A model generated the notes under the pieces. It was given only the letters and a program-made list of their open reading frames with translations, was not told the DNA's origin and ran no database searches. 64,000 nt of DNA, taken from IMG/VR virus record IMGVR_UViG_3300008113_000068. The stretch is one strand, 5' to 3'. Below are positions 1-9,638 of this stretch, piece after piece (position 1 is the first letter of the stretch; every line of letters begins with the position of its first letter). A program made the position numbers and the translations under genes. This stretch comes from an uncultured virus (IMG/VR IMGVR_UViG_3300008113_000068). Lineage: Duplodnaviria > Heunggongvirae > Uroviricota > Caudoviricetes.

Positions 1-108
1 TATGGTGATAACCAAGAGTTAGAAGAACCTTTCAAGAAGATTTTGGAAGGTATTGAAGAGGTGAGAAAAATACAAGATAAATATTGGTCACACTAAACAA
101 CAAGAACA

Positions 109-273
109 ATGAAAGTATTTCTACTATATGTTCGAAAAGAAAATAGAACAACTGATTATTATGATGTTGGGGCAATATGGTGCTTACACACAAAACAACC
201 CTTATACAAAATAGTATGGAATAAATGGTTCTTCAATAGAAGAATAGTGTTATGCATATTAAAAAACAACTAA
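109..273 (+). CDS. Small hypothetical protein, 54 aa (not in ORF track)
   Basis: ATG lies inside the junction repeat; the frame is open to TAA at 271-273. Confidence 0.45.
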   Translation: MKVFLLYVRKENRTTDYYDVGAIWCLHTKQPLYKIVWNKWFFNRRIVLCILKNN

Positions 274-656
274 ACAATAAAAATGATATTTAAAAATGTG
301 AGGTGTACATATTCAAGCCTTATCTTAAACATTAATAAACTTAAAAAAATATAATTTATGAGCAAATTTAAAAAAGTATATTCTACAGTAAGAAAATCTG
401 AACTTATCAACAAATATGTTGGTAAACATTGCATAGAGGAATATAGAGAAATAGTAAATAAAAATGGTGAAAAAATAACACAAGGGCTATGATTATCATT
501 ATCACACAAGAAAAGCCGGTAAAGAAACCTAAGTCATCACCAGCAACACCGGAGGAGATGGGAGTAAAACAAGAAGAACAAAAAAAAATTGAGCAAATAG
601 TATCACTTGCTAGATTAATTATGTTCCTTAGTAAATAACCTTTAAACAACAATAAA

Positions 657-884
657 ATGAAAACAGCAGTAGAATGGTTAGTTAGTGAACTAATGAGTAA
701 AGGTATCATAAATCTCGATGGATGGGTTTGGGATGATAATATATCTATTGTAGAAATTATGGAACAAGCCAAAGAAATGGAGAAGGAGCATATTAAAGAT
801 GCTTGGGATAGTGCTTATGGAGGAGATAGTTATTATAGTGGAGAAAGTTATTACAACGGAACCTTTAAACAACAAGAACAATGA
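657..884 (+). CDS. Hypothetical phage protein (MKTAVEWL... type)
   Basis: TAVEWL...QAKEMEKEHIKDAW...TFKQQEQ, a pattern common in Bacteroidota phage early genes. Confidence 0.75.
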   Translation: MKTAVEWLVSELMSKGIINLDGWVWDDNISIVEIMEQAKEMEKEHIKDAWDSAYGGDSYYSGESYYNGTFKQQEQ

Positions 885-1054
885 AAACAGATAAGTCAAG
901 GAAAATAGAGAAAATACTTTTTTTCTTAAAAAACAAAATACTTTATTGCAAAGCAAATTTTTTAAAGCCACATTATTTTCAGCAACAATTAGAAGTTGAA
1001 ACAAACAAATGGTTCAAGCAAAGAAGTGAAGAATATAAACAACAAGAACAATGA
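881..1054 (+). CDS. Small hypothetical protein, 57 aa, ending KQQEQ (not in ORF track)
   Basis: ATGA overlaps with both neighbours; bounded by junction repeats. Confidence 0.55.
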   Translation: MKTDKSRKIEKILFFLKNKILYCKANFLKPHYFQQQLEVETNKWFKQRSEEYKQQEQ

Positions 1055-1269
1055 AAGAGAAACGCAAAAAATTAGATTTAACGATGTTTACATCTATTAC
1101 AACAGATAAACTCCATGAAGTACCTTTGATTGAGTTATATCCAAGTTTATCTACAATTGCAGACATGTATGGGTTTGATTTTATCATGACTCCTCTTGGA
1201 ATCATTTCACGTGAAGGTGATTTTGATATAGCAGTTAAAGTTTTGAAGCGTTCAGTAATGTGTAATTAA
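1051..1269 (+). CDS. Hypothetical protein
   Basis: ORF starts in the junction repeat and is co-oriented with its neighbours. Confidence 0.6.
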   Translation: MKEKRKKLDLTMFTSITTDKLHEVPLIELYPSLSTIADMYGFDFIMTPLGIISREGDFDIAVKVLKRSVMCN

Positions 1270-1290
1270 TAACCAACAAAAATAAAAACA

Positions 1291-1485
1291 ATGAAAGTAG
1301 AAATCTTAATGAATGGTTCAACAAAAATCGTTTTGTTGCCAGAAAATGCAATTGAAAAAGCAATCTTAGAAAACATGTCAAAAGCTGAAGTGGATACGTT
1401 TATGATTAAACAGCAAACACACATCTTAGACAAAGTAATTCAAGACGGATTGGTAATTAGTTCTAAAAAGGTAAACGCAGTTTAA
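1291..1485 (+). CDS. Hypothetical protein
   Basis: A-rich leader and tight packing. Confidence 0.65.
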   Translation: MKVEILMNGSTKIVLLPENAIEKAILENMSKAEVDTFMIKQQTHILDKVIQDGLVISSKKVNAV

Positions 1486-1486
1486 C

Positions 1487-1720
1487 ATGAGCTACGATAG
1501 TAAATCAAGTGAGGCAATAATGGCTTTTGACCTTACCTTTTCATTTTACAGACCTAGACACGAAGAAGAGTTTTCATTTTTAAGTTTAGAGAATGCAAAT
1601 GAATGTGCATTGATAGCATTGGAGCATTTGAAAACAGAAAACCAAGATAGGTTTGATTTCTACTGTCGCGTTGAAGAAATAATCCGATGGAATTTAAAAA
1701 CACTTAAAAAATTAAAATAA
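1487..1720 (+). CDS. Hypothetical protein
   Basis: Tightly packed ORF. Confidence 0.6.
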   Translation: MSYDSKSSEAIMAFDLTFSFYRPRHEEEFSFLSLENANECALIALEHLKTENQDRFDFYCRVEEIIRWNLKTLKKLK

Positions 1721-1729
1721 ATTAGTATT

Positions 1730-2362
1730 ATGGCACACATAGAACACAACTTTTTCCCCCTTAAAGTATTTGTACGAAACGAATACCTGTATCAACATAA
1801 AAAAGGTAAAGGAGAATTAACAGCAGGCGTTATTATTTCAGTAAGATGTATGCCAGGACAAGCTGCATTGTTTCAAGTATTATTAGAGAATGGTGTACTT
1901 AGAGATAAACTACCTAGTCACGCGTTATTGCATGAACCTGAAATGCCAAATCCAGATTTACCATTTCATTACTTACAGATATGGAATTGCTTTTCATACA
2001 ACTTTACCCTCTTACATCTTTCTTATCTATACGATACACGAGTTGAAGTGTACATGAAGGACCATAAGTTTTATGCAGGTAGTTATTATGGAACGATAAA
2101 TTGGGCATCTAGTGATGCAAACACTGACCTAACTTTAGCAGAAGACCCATTAGAACACAAATCTCATCACATCATTTTACTTGATAATGGACAAATTGCT
2201 TTGCAACCAAACAATAGAATCAAATGGTCAGAACCTAGCTTTGTAACTAAACCATTCCCTGAGAAACCAGATTACCTAGTAAACAAAGATTACTACAACT
2301 GTGAAGGTTTTGAGAAATGGAATACGGAAGATTCAGAAAGAATGTTTTACGATAACGAATAA
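1730..2362 (+). CDS. Conserved-looking hypothetical phage protein
   Basis: 210 aa; ends in HKSHHIILLDNGQIALQPNNRI, a motif I recall from aquatic phages. Confidence 0.75.
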   Translation: MAHIEHNFFPLKVFVRNEYLYQHKKGKGELTAGVIISVRCMPGQAALFQVLLENGVLRDKLPSHALLHEPEMPNPDLPFHYLQIWNCFSYNFTLLHLSYLYDTRVEVYMKDHKFYAGSYYGTINWASSDANTDLTLAEDPLEHKSHHIILLDNGQIALQPNNRIKWSEPSFVTKPFPEKPDYLVNKDYYNCEGFEKWNTEDSERMFYDNE

Positions 2363-2555
2363 AAATGGAAAATTACCCAAAATGGTTGAATAACCTTATT
2401 TACTTTTTAGCAGGAATAGGTTTTTATGGTGTTTTTATGTATTATTTCTTGTAATGTCATGACTTACTATGAGTTAAAGTAATTAGTTTTACTAGTTACA
2501 ATTGACATCTCTTTATTGTATAATACAAAAAAACTTAACGATTCAAAGATACAAA

Positions 2556-3434
2556 TTAAATCGGGAACTTGGTACTATCGATTGATTTATATGTAACATC
2601 TTTTCCTCCTGTTGCATCTCTACGTGTATCGATAACTAAAATTCTACTACCAATAGGTTTCACAGGAGCACCACGTTCAACGTGCCATCCCTTTGAGCCA
2701 TCCTCGTAATCATTTTTGTAAGTTCCGGTAATCATCAAGTGAATTTGTTTTTGCTTATAGTAGTAACCTTTCGAAGCATGGTGCTCAATTGCATCACGGG
2801 AAACATTGGTACATTTATTTTCGTGGATATGTCCCATAGCAAATACATCAAAATCCTCATACATCTCTAAGGCTCTAGTAAGATTGATTTCACCACGCGT
2901 AACAATTCCACCGCCTCCGCTTCCATGGAAATATTTTACCTTGGTAGCCAATGAGTTATTTGGTCTAAACTGTTGACGAATGATTAACCAACCGCCATAT
3001 CCTCCGGTCTGTACATTGCTTATATTCTTGTAATTTAGTAAATCAACGAATCGCTGAAGTACATCTGTCTCCTGACGTTTAATAATAGCAGTCTCGTGAT
3101 TACCATAACCAACAACGGTCATTAAGTGTGCATACGGTGAGAAGAAATCTACCGCAGTCTCTACGATAGAGTCTAGATATTTAATGTTGTTATGCTCAGG
3201 TCGTATATCAGACTTAGTGCCACGTGGATCCCATTTTCCTTGCATTAAACAAAATGTATCTCCATTAAACATCATAGGGATAGATTCTTTAACGCAGTAA
3301 TCTAAATCTCTTCTTAGCAAATCCCAATCACACTTAGGATTGTCCCAGTGTATATCTGAGAACATTGCCAATTTAACCTTTGTGCCAGAAATATTCAACT
3401 CATGAATATTCTTAGCGTGTTTAATTAACTCCAT
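2556..3434 (-). CDS. Calcineurin-like metallophosphoesterase
   Basis: SDIHW, NGDTF, GNHE, FHG and MGHIH motifs. Confidence 0.85.
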   Translation of the reverse strand: MELIKHAKNIHELNISGTKVKLAMFSDIHWDNPKCDWDLLRRDLDYCVKESIPMMFNGDTFCLMQGKWDPRGTKSDIRPEHNNIKYLDSIVETAVDFFSPYAHLMTVVGYGNHETAIIKRQETDVLQRFVDLLNYKNISNVQTGGYGGWLIIRQQFRPNNSLATKVKYFHGSGGGGIVTRGEINLTRALEMYEDFDVFAMGHIHENKCTNVSRDAIEHHASKGYYYKQKQIHLMITGTYKNDYEDGSKGWHVERGAPVKPIGSRILVIDTRRDATGGKDVTYKSIDSTKFPI

Positions 3435-3445
3435 AAATTAGTCAT

Positions 3446-4042
3446 TTAATTAAGAACCTTGTTACAATAATCCCAATTTATTACATTGAAAATGTTTTTC
3501 ACATACATCTCTCTTTCTGCATTATACTTCAAGTAATAGGCATGTTCCCAAACATCAATACCTAAAATTATATCAACATCCATGTACATTTTTGGATTGT
3601 CTTGGTATGGTGTTTCGGTTATCATTATTTTACCAGTTCTTTTTGAAATAACTAACCATACCCAACCTGAACCAAATCTTTTCTTCGCAGCTTCAAGAAT
3701 TAATTTTTGAAAATTTGCGTAACCGTTGAAATTTGTATCAATAACTTTTTTTATCAACCCGTAAGGTGGATTTGTTCTTGATGTTTGTGGTTTTAACATT
3801 TCCCAAAATAAGCTGTGATTGTAATACCCACCAGCATTATTGCGTATTGTAGTAGAATAGTTATCAATTGTCTTAATCAATTGATGAATGGTCATTTGTT
3901 GAACCTTCTCTTTTGCAACGGCTTCGTTAAGGTTTTTTAAATAAGTCAAGTAATGCTTATTGTAATGAATGAACATCGTTTCCTCATCTATGAAAGGTTC
4001 TAATGAAGAATAGGAATATGGTAATTTTTTTGCTAAATACAT
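3446..4042 (-). CDS. sodA: Fe/Mn superoxide dismutase (Mn-type signatures)
   Basis: LPYSYSSLEP, HYNKH, GGYYNHSLFW, FGSGWVWL, QDNP and DVWEHAYY. Confidence 0.92.
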   Translation of the reverse strand: MYLAKKLPYSYSSLEPFIDEETMFIHYNKHYLTYLKNLNEAVAKEKVQQMTIHQLIKTIDNYSTTIRNNAGGYYNHSLFWEMLKPQTSRTNPPYGLIKKVIDTNFNGYANFQKLILEAAKKRFGSGWVWLVISKRTGKIMITETPYQDNPKMYMDVDIILGIDVWEHAYYLKYNAEREMYVKNIFNVINWDYCNKVLN

Positions 4043-4053
4043 AATATGTGTTT

Positions 4054-4088
4054 AAAAAGGGTGATTGTTTTTTATAACGAACACCCTT
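4054..4088 (-). terminator. Probable intrinsic terminator after the lysis cassette
   Basis: AAGGGTG...CACCCTT inverted repeat with a T-run on the minus strand. Confidence 0.55.
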
Positions 4089-4099
4089 GTTATTTTTGA

Positions 4100-4549
4100 T
4101 TATTTGAGTTGTGTAATCAACAACGTTGTAATGTTAACTGTAATTCCTGAAATAATCGCTGTCCATTTGTAGCGCTTTTGTTTCTTTATTTCTTGCATCA
4201 GAATTGATTTCTCATCCTGGCACAATTTTTCTAAATTCTTGTTTTCAATGATAATGTCTGTGTATGCTTTTTTGATTTTATCATCATGAATTATAATTGC
4301 GTTTTGATTTATGATGATTGAATCTTTTTCATTCAACTCTTTCAATTGAATCTCATTCAGTTGTTCTAAATGTTTTTTGCTTTCGTTAATAATTGCAAGT
4401 TTACGCCCTTGTTCTAAATCAAAAATAATTACCGTATCTGATTCGATAACTTGAATACATGGGTATTTACTCGTCTTTACCTGTGAAAATGCATCAGATG
4501 TAAGCAAAAGGCAAAAAACACATGTTACAACCTTAATTAAGTTCTTCAT
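4100..4549 (-). CDS. Signal-peptide, coiled-coil, C-terminal TM protein (spanin-like position)
   Basis: N-terminal signal and C-terminal hydrophobic helix; overlaps the upstream TM coiled-coil gene downstream of the endolysin. Confidence 0.5.
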   Translation of the reverse strand: MKNLIKVVTCVFCLLLTSDAFSQVKTSKYPCIQVIESDTVIIFDLEQGRKLAIINESKKHLEQLNEIQLKELNEKDSIIINQNAIIIHDDKIKKAYTDIIIENKNLEKLCQDEKSILMQEIKKQKRYKWTAIISGITVNITTLLITQLK

Positions 4550-4886
4550 TGAAATAATTTTCTAGTTTATTTGAATTAAAATCATTTATATCTTTCACTT
4601 TGTTAACGTAAATCACATTCACTTTAGATTTTAAATGTTTCAAACTATCCAATGCAACATACGACTTTTGAATTAAGGTTTGTTTTTTCACAATTTGCAC
4701 CTCAAGATATTTAATCTGTTTTTCTCTTTTTGCAATAATGTCCAAATAGTTTTGCATGTATTTCTGCATGTATAAGTTAGACAAACTTTTTAATTCATTC
4801 TTCTCGCTGTTTGTTCTATTCCACAATAATAAACAGACCGCTAAAATAGCAGTTAACAAAATGTTGTATAACCTGGTTGTAGTCAT
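4533..4886 (-). CDS. N-terminal TM coiled-coil protein (Rz/i-spanin-like)
   Basis: Single TM followed by heptads, directly after the endolysin. Confidence 0.5.
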   Translation of the reverse strand: MTTTRLYNILLTAILAVCLLLWNRTNSEKNELKSLSNLYMQKYMQNYLDIIAKREKQIKYLEVQIVKKQTLIQKSYVALDSLKHLKSKVNVIYVNKVKDINDFNSNKLENYFNEELN

Positions 4887-4887
4887 T

Positions 4888-5352
4888 TTATTTGTAAGGT
4901 ATGTAGGTTGTTCTATTACCTACTTTTTTAGCTCGAAGTATTTGTTTACGTTGTTTACCAGTTGATTCATACGAAACATGTACCCAATCCGGATTTATAT
5001 CAGATCCAAACTCATATATTAATTGGTCAAATTCTAAATTATCACGAATAAATTCAAACACTTGCCTGTTAGTAACCTCTGTTGAATCCATGTCAATGTC
5101 GGCAGCTTCACCAGAACAATGCTGAGATGTTAAAGATGCTCCTTTAGTTTTTGCGTTTAAAGCCAAACTACGATAACCAGAACTAAGAAATATGGATCTA
5201 CCAAAATGCACACGAATAGGTTCTAAAACGTGTTCACAAAGTAATTTCATGTTTTCTTGATGCTGAACTATTGGTTGATTTGAAATACCTAATCTTTTTG
5301 CAGAATCACTTCTTGTAAACTCTGCCAATTCAAAATGCTCACTTAATTTCAT
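4888..5352 (-). CDS. Endolysin, peptidase M15A family
   Basis: LSEHFELAEF, SSGYRS, SQHCSGEAAD and WVHVS. Confidence 0.9.
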   Translation of the reverse strand: MKLSEHFELAEFTRSDSAKRLGISNQPIVQHQENMKLLCEHVLEPIRVHFGRSIFLSSGYRSLALNAKTKGASLTSQHCSGEAADIDMDSTEVTNRQVFEFIRDNLEFDQLIYEFGSDINPDWVHVSYESTGKQRKQILRAKKVGNRTTYIPYK

Positions 5353-5354
5353 AA

Positions 5355-5579
5355 CTATTTCTTTTTTGTGAATTTATCTAATGATGTTAAACCTAATGAA
5401 CCAAACGCCAGTAACGCAACTGCATTTATTAATGCATCTGATGGTTTAATATCTCCATGAGTTGTTGTGTTCATTATCAAAGCTGTAATAAGTGCTAATG
5501 TGCATAATAAACCTGCGACTCTTTTAGATGAAAACATCCCGGTTTCATCCATAAATATTTCTTTGAAGAATCTAATCAT
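5355..5579 (-). CDS. Putative holin (2 TM)
   Basis: SSKR then two TM helices and a basic C-terminus; adjacent to the endolysin. Confidence 0.65.
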   Translation of the reverse strand: MIRFFKEIFMDETGMFSSKRVAGLLCTLALITALIMNTTTHGDIKPSDALINAVALLAFGSLGLTSLDKFTKKK

Positions 5580-5659
5580 AATTTAGTTATTGATTAAATA
5601 CTTTAAAGTCAGGTGTATTTGCTACTTGTGTTGTGTCCATTTATTTTTAATTAAAATAT

Positions 5660-6265
5660 TTATACTAAAACATATCCATTTGGATCTTTCTTACCTTTGT
5701 TATACATCGCAAGTAAATCTGTTGTACTTAAACCATTTGGTTTGATGTAAAAATGAACAGGGTCATGATAATTACCAAATGCTCCTCCACCACCCCAGGA
5801 TAAACCTAAGTCTTTTGACAATTGGACAACTTTAGAATCATTCCATTGTTTATCGGGTGTATTCTTTAACAAAAATATTTTACCATCTTTGTTTTTGACA
5901 TTAATATCAATTGCAAATCCATAATTGTGACTTGAATAACCGGGTTTTGCGTTTGCTGAATTTTGATTGTGAAGTCTTGTTTGTTCTGCAAATGTTCTAT
6001 AACCAGAAGTTGCATAAGCTGATAAACCTAATTGTTTTTCAATCTTTGTAAAAAATTCAGCTATTTTATTGCGAAATTTTGGGTGTAGTTTTTGCACAAT
6101 CCCACGTGTATGCGCATCTTTATACCATTTGGTATCTTTGTCAAACCAATATTCAGATGATTCGTCTAAGTTACTCTTATTAAGTAAAATGTTACCTACA
6201 ATAATTGTAGCAACAAGTATACCTGCAAGTATTAATAACGTTTTTTTATTTGACTTCATTATCAT
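5660..6265 (-). CDS. Membrane-anchored M15 (VanY / L-Ala-D-Glu type) peptidase
   Basis: N-terminal TM; SGYRTFAEQ, SSHNYGFAID, WGG and DPVHF. Confidence 0.85.
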   Translation of the reverse strand: MIMKSNKKTLLILAGILVATIIVGNILLNKSNLDESSEYWFDKDTKWYKDAHTRGIVQKLHPKFRNKIAEFFTKIEKQLGLSAYATSGYRTFAEQTRLHNQNSANAKPGYSSHNYGFAIDINVKNKDGKIFLLKNTPDKQWNDSKVVQLSKDLGLSWGGGGAFGNYHDPVHFYIKPNGLSTTDLLAMYNKGKKDPNGYVLV

Positions 6266-6633
6266 CTACGTGTTTGTAATAATATCTGGTCAAGTTTATC
6301 ATCCATTTTAGAAACTTCAAGTTCTAACTTCATGATTTTCTCCTCCAACGTCTTTACTTCATATTGTGATACACCTTTAAAAACATCAACTGCTTGAATA
6401 TCATTCTTGATTATTGTAACATCTTGTTTAACTTCTTTGATGTCTTTCGTGTGTTCATCTAACGTTTCTGATGTGTTATAATAAAATCCATATCCAACGG
6501 ACATGGCGCAAACAACTGCAACTATTCCACTAATAAAATTTGTGTATTGTGTTGCTTTTTTAATGTGACTTTGTAATTCAAGATGTTCTGTATTCATATA
6601 AATTAATTTAAACACAAAATGCGTACTCAACAT
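6262..6633 (-). CDS. TM plus coiled-coil protein (start probably about 6597)
   Basis: One TM followed by heptad repeats. Confidence 0.65.
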   Translation of the reverse strand: MLSTHFVFKLIYMNTEHLELQSHIKKATQYTNFISGIVAVVCAMSVGYGFYYNTSETLDEHTKDIKEVKQDVTIIKNDIQAVDVFKGVSQYEVKTLEEKIMKLELEVSKMDDKLDQILLQTRR

Positions 6634-6680
6634 TGTTGGTACGCACTTAGATATTATTTAGTTGTTTGTTTTACCATGTA

Positions 6681-6914
6681 TCAATCACCCAAAACTTCTG
6701 ATAGAGGTATTTCTCTAACTAGTTTTGGACCTTTTTCTTCTAGTTTGTAAACCCAGAACCTCATTGTAAACGTATCATCAACTGGTTTAATCATGATAAA
6801 CAAATCTTTGTGTGTACAATTTAATTCCTCTGATAACTTCTCTAATGTAGTTTGAATTGTGTCGTGAGTTATTTGCTCTTTATCAATTAAACTACCTAAT
6901 AAATTTCCTAACAT
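6681..6914 (-). CDS. Hypothetical protein
   Basis: Clean ORF within the operon. Confidence 0.65.
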   Translation of the reverse strand: MLGNLLGSLIDKEQITHDTIQTTLEKLSEELNCTHKDLFIMIKPVDDTFTMRFWVYKLEEKGPKLVREIPLSEVLGD

Positions 6915-6938
6915 ACTGATTGATTTTTATATTGAATA

Positions 6939-7466
6939 TTATTTTTTACCTAAAATAGCAGGTACTCCTTGTGTCCATTCATAAGGATAAGGCACAGGAA
7001 TTGTGAAGATACCTAACTTAATTTTAAATGTTGAATCCATTTTGATTTTTAACTTCTGAGGCGATGTTAATGCTTTGATTAAATTGCCTTGGAATTTCGC
7101 GTATAAATCTTTTGGATCTACAGTAATTGTCAATGGAATATCTGAAACTGCATTTGCTTTTAAAACAACAGGCACATCACTTTTGATTTGAGTAATGAAC
7201 TTATCATCAACATAAATATCATATTTTTGACCAACAAGATTAATGTCTATGTCTGTATTATTTTCATAGGCATAAACAATATCAAAAGTAACAGCATCTA
7301 AACTGGCTTTTTTAATCAAAAACGACTTAACCTTGTAAGTGTTTTTCATCAATTTAGCATATTGTTTCTTTAACCACAATGCAGTGCTTATTGTAACACC
7401 AACTGTTGCCACTAATAAAACGTACTTTAAATTCTTGTTCAATTTCATATTAATCAAAATTATCAA
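6939..7466 (-). CDS. Membrane-anchored LEA_2/WHy-like protein (start probably 7448)
   Basis: N-terminal TM then the beta pattern ENNTDIDINL..YDIYVD..I...VVLKANAVSDIPL. Confidence 0.6.
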   Translation of the reverse strand: MIILINMKLNKNLKYVLLVATVGVTISTALWLKKQYAKLMKNTYKVKSFLIKKASLDAVTFDIVYAYENNTDIDINLVGQKYDIYVDDKFITQIKSDVPVVLKANAVSDIPLTITVDPKDLYAKFQGNLIKALTSPQKLKIKMDSTFKIKLGIFTIPVPYPYEWTQGVPAILGKK

Positions 7467-7508
7467 TTTATATCATGCCTATTTATTTTTTAATGTTATG
7501 TTGTAAAA

Positions 7509-8342
7509 TTACGAGTTTTTCTTGTAATTAAACTTTTCAAAATACCATTTGTACGTATCATACAACCAATTACATATATCAACGCCTAAAACGTGTTTAA
7601 AATCGGGTTGATTAAGTGTTAACGAAGGTCTGATTGTGTGTAAATCAGCAGTCAAACCATAAACCTCATCATCCTCTTTTGTAATCTGTTGAATATTATC
7701 AAAATCATGCTCAAATTGTGGCAATCCTAAATACTCATATACTCTACGCATCTCAAATTCTGGGTTCAAACATAAATCTTCATAACGAATAAAAAGAACT
7801 TTTGAATCTTGACCTAAACGAATCATTTCTTGAATTCTTTCTACTGCACGACCAATAGTATTTGTTGTAGCCATCCATTCATCCACACGTTTGTGAACGA
7901 TTGTACCACGACCTGTCGAATCATCTCGAATTGGGTCGTGTTTCAATGGGTTTTTTCTATAAATCTTTTCATAAGAAGAAACAACAGAACGTAAATCGCG
8001 AACTAAACAGATTACTTTTGGATCTGGATAAAACGATTCTAAGAAAGGTCGGTAAACTCCCCAACCTCTACTCTTGTCCATTACATACTTCTTATCGGTA
8101 ATTCCGTTGAAATACCCTTCCATCCCTTGTTTACAGAAATTAATGAATCCTTGTTCCATCAATTGTGCATCTTGAGCTTTAAACTCAGGAGATGTTGTAA
8201 AATTTGCTCTCGCCCCAAATACCAATTCCAACATACCAGATGTCGGAGTAACGTAGAAATCAGGATTTTGTCCTATGATATTTTGGAAAATAGTACTACC
8301 ACTCCTTGGCATACTACTTTGAAAATATATTTTATCAATCAT
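7509..8342 (-). CDS. PAPS-dependent sulfotransferase
   Basis: MPRSGST (5'-PSB loop), DKSR, VRDLRSVVSS (3'-PB) and RYEDL. Confidence 0.9.
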   Translation of the reverse strand: MIDKIYFQSSMPRSGSTIFQNIIGQNPDFYVTPTSGMLELVFGARANFTTSPEFKAQDAQLMEQGFINFCKQGMEGYFNGITDKKYVMDKSRGWGVYRPFLESFYPDPKVICLVRDLRSVVSSYEKIYRKNPLKHDPIRDDSTGRGTIVHKRVDEWMATTNTIGRAVERIQEMIRLGQDSKVLFIRYEDLCLNPEFEMRRVYEYLGLPQFEHDFDNIQQITKEDDEVYGLTADLHTIRPSLTLNQPDFKHVLGVDICNWLYDTYKWYFEKFNYKKNS

Positions 8343-9223
8343 TATTGTGCTTTTACAGCTTCAATGATTTCTTCTACGTTGAATATTTCTTTCTCATCAT
8401 TATAAGGAAACTCCAACAAGTTACCAGCGATGTTGTATTTTGAGAATACAGCTTGCTTCAACTCAGGTGTTGCAGTTTCTTTATTTGCTTGAATGTTAGT
8501 GTTATTTTCATAACCAAAAACACTAGGTTTATTACCAATCCAACAAACAACAGAATTAAGATCCAATGCTTTCGCAACGTGTTGTGCAAAAGAATCAATT
8601 AGCAAACGTTTTGAAGACAATTGAAGTAATACTACCAATGCACGAAAATCTGACGTTACAGGCGTTGTATCATTCAATGGCAATTGGTCTTCTCTACGAA
8701 TATGAACTACATTGTATTCTTCTTTAAATGCGTTTACAACTTCCTGAGCTGTTTGATTTGGAATATCACGCATCCATGAATACTTAATTTGTTGGTCAGA
8801 TCCACCTCCGTTGGTATGAATAACGAATAATGGTTTGTCTGATTTGAATTGTTGGGAATAAAAATTAATTTCTCTGTTAGTTAAATACAATTTAGGTTCT
8901 TCACCGTTGTATTCAACACCAAACATCTCACACCATGTTTTGATTAAGTGACACTCTTGTTGAATGTGACTTGTTTCTAAATACGGATTATGTAAGAATG
9001 TTTTTACTTTTTTACCTTCAATGAAATCCTGGTAAAAATAATTTAGGTTATTATGTGAAAGACATTTATCTACATGTGGGTTACACAAGAAAACTTCTGG
9101 ATAAGAAGTAATAACGATAAGTTGGTCTTTTGGGTATTGTTTTTTAATTGCCTCGCATACAGCAGTTGCCATAATTGATTTACCAATACCACCGTCAATT
9201 TGAAAAATTACATTTGTTTGCAT
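8342..9223 (-). CDS. GT-B glycosyltransferase (GT9 / heptosyltransferase-like)
   Basis: GGIGK..MAT, NPHVD and IDSFAQHVA..L...SVV.W. Confidence 0.75.
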   Translation of the reverse strand: MQTNVIFQIDGGIGKSIMATAVCEAIKKQYPKDQLIVITSYPEVFLCNPHVDKCLSHNNLNYFYQDFIEGKKVKTFLHNPYLETSHIQQECHLIKTWCEMFGVEYNGEEPKLYLTNREINFYSQQFKSDKPLFVIHTNGGGSDQQIKYSWMRDIPNQTAQEVVNAFKEEYNVVHIRREDQLPLNDTTPVTSDFRALVVLLQLSSKRLLIDSFAQHVAKALDLNSVVCWIGNKPSVFGYENNTNIQANKETATPELKQAVFSKYNIAGNLLEFPYNDEKEIFNVEEIIEAVKAQ

Positions 9224-9243
9224 TCTTATTTGTTTTTGAATTA

Positions 9244-9591
9244 TTAAATATTTGCTGTTTCTTCTACTACAACTGGTTCAACATAAGCTTGAACTTCAGC
9301 TACTAATGCATCAATCAATGTTGCGTTTAATTCACTATATTCAGTTCTCCAACCTTCTACTCCTTGTTGACCTGATTGCCAATCAGCAAAGATGTTATTA
9401 AAGATGTTGATTGCGTGATATTCTTCTGTCGCTGTATTACCTTCTGGTTTAAAAGAATAAACGTTATCAACCACTGGTTGAAGTGTTATTAAAACTGATG
9501 AAGGAACTTTTTTGTTAAAATCTGTTCCAATTAATTGAGTTTCTCCATATCCAAAAATATGTAATGTACTCCATGTTGTTTCTGTTGCCAT
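9244..9591 (-). CDS. Hypothetical protein (possible fibre accessory or chaperone)
   Basis: Lies immediately downstream of the fibre genes. Confidence 0.65.
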   Translation of the reverse strand: MATETTWSTLHIFGYGETQLIGTDFNKKVPSSVLITLQPVVDNVYSFKPEGNTATEEYHAINIFNNIFADWQSGQQGVEGWRTEYSELNATLIDALVAEVQAYVEPVVVEETANI

Positions 9592-9638
9592 TTTTTTTGT
9601 TTTTATTTTATTTGTTAAAATTAATTATTATTTTTCAT

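Larger units (their letters stand above)
94..1056 (+). repeat. 21-bp direct repeat TAAACAACAAGAACAATGAAA at gene junctions (94, 866, 1036; variant near 643)
   Basis: Three exact copies read directly. Each contains the ATG of the next small ORF. Confidence 0.9.

Noticed and set aside
270..1205. Minus-strand ORFs at the left end
   Set aside because: They overlap the plus-strand cassette genes, which have junction repeats and proper start contexts.
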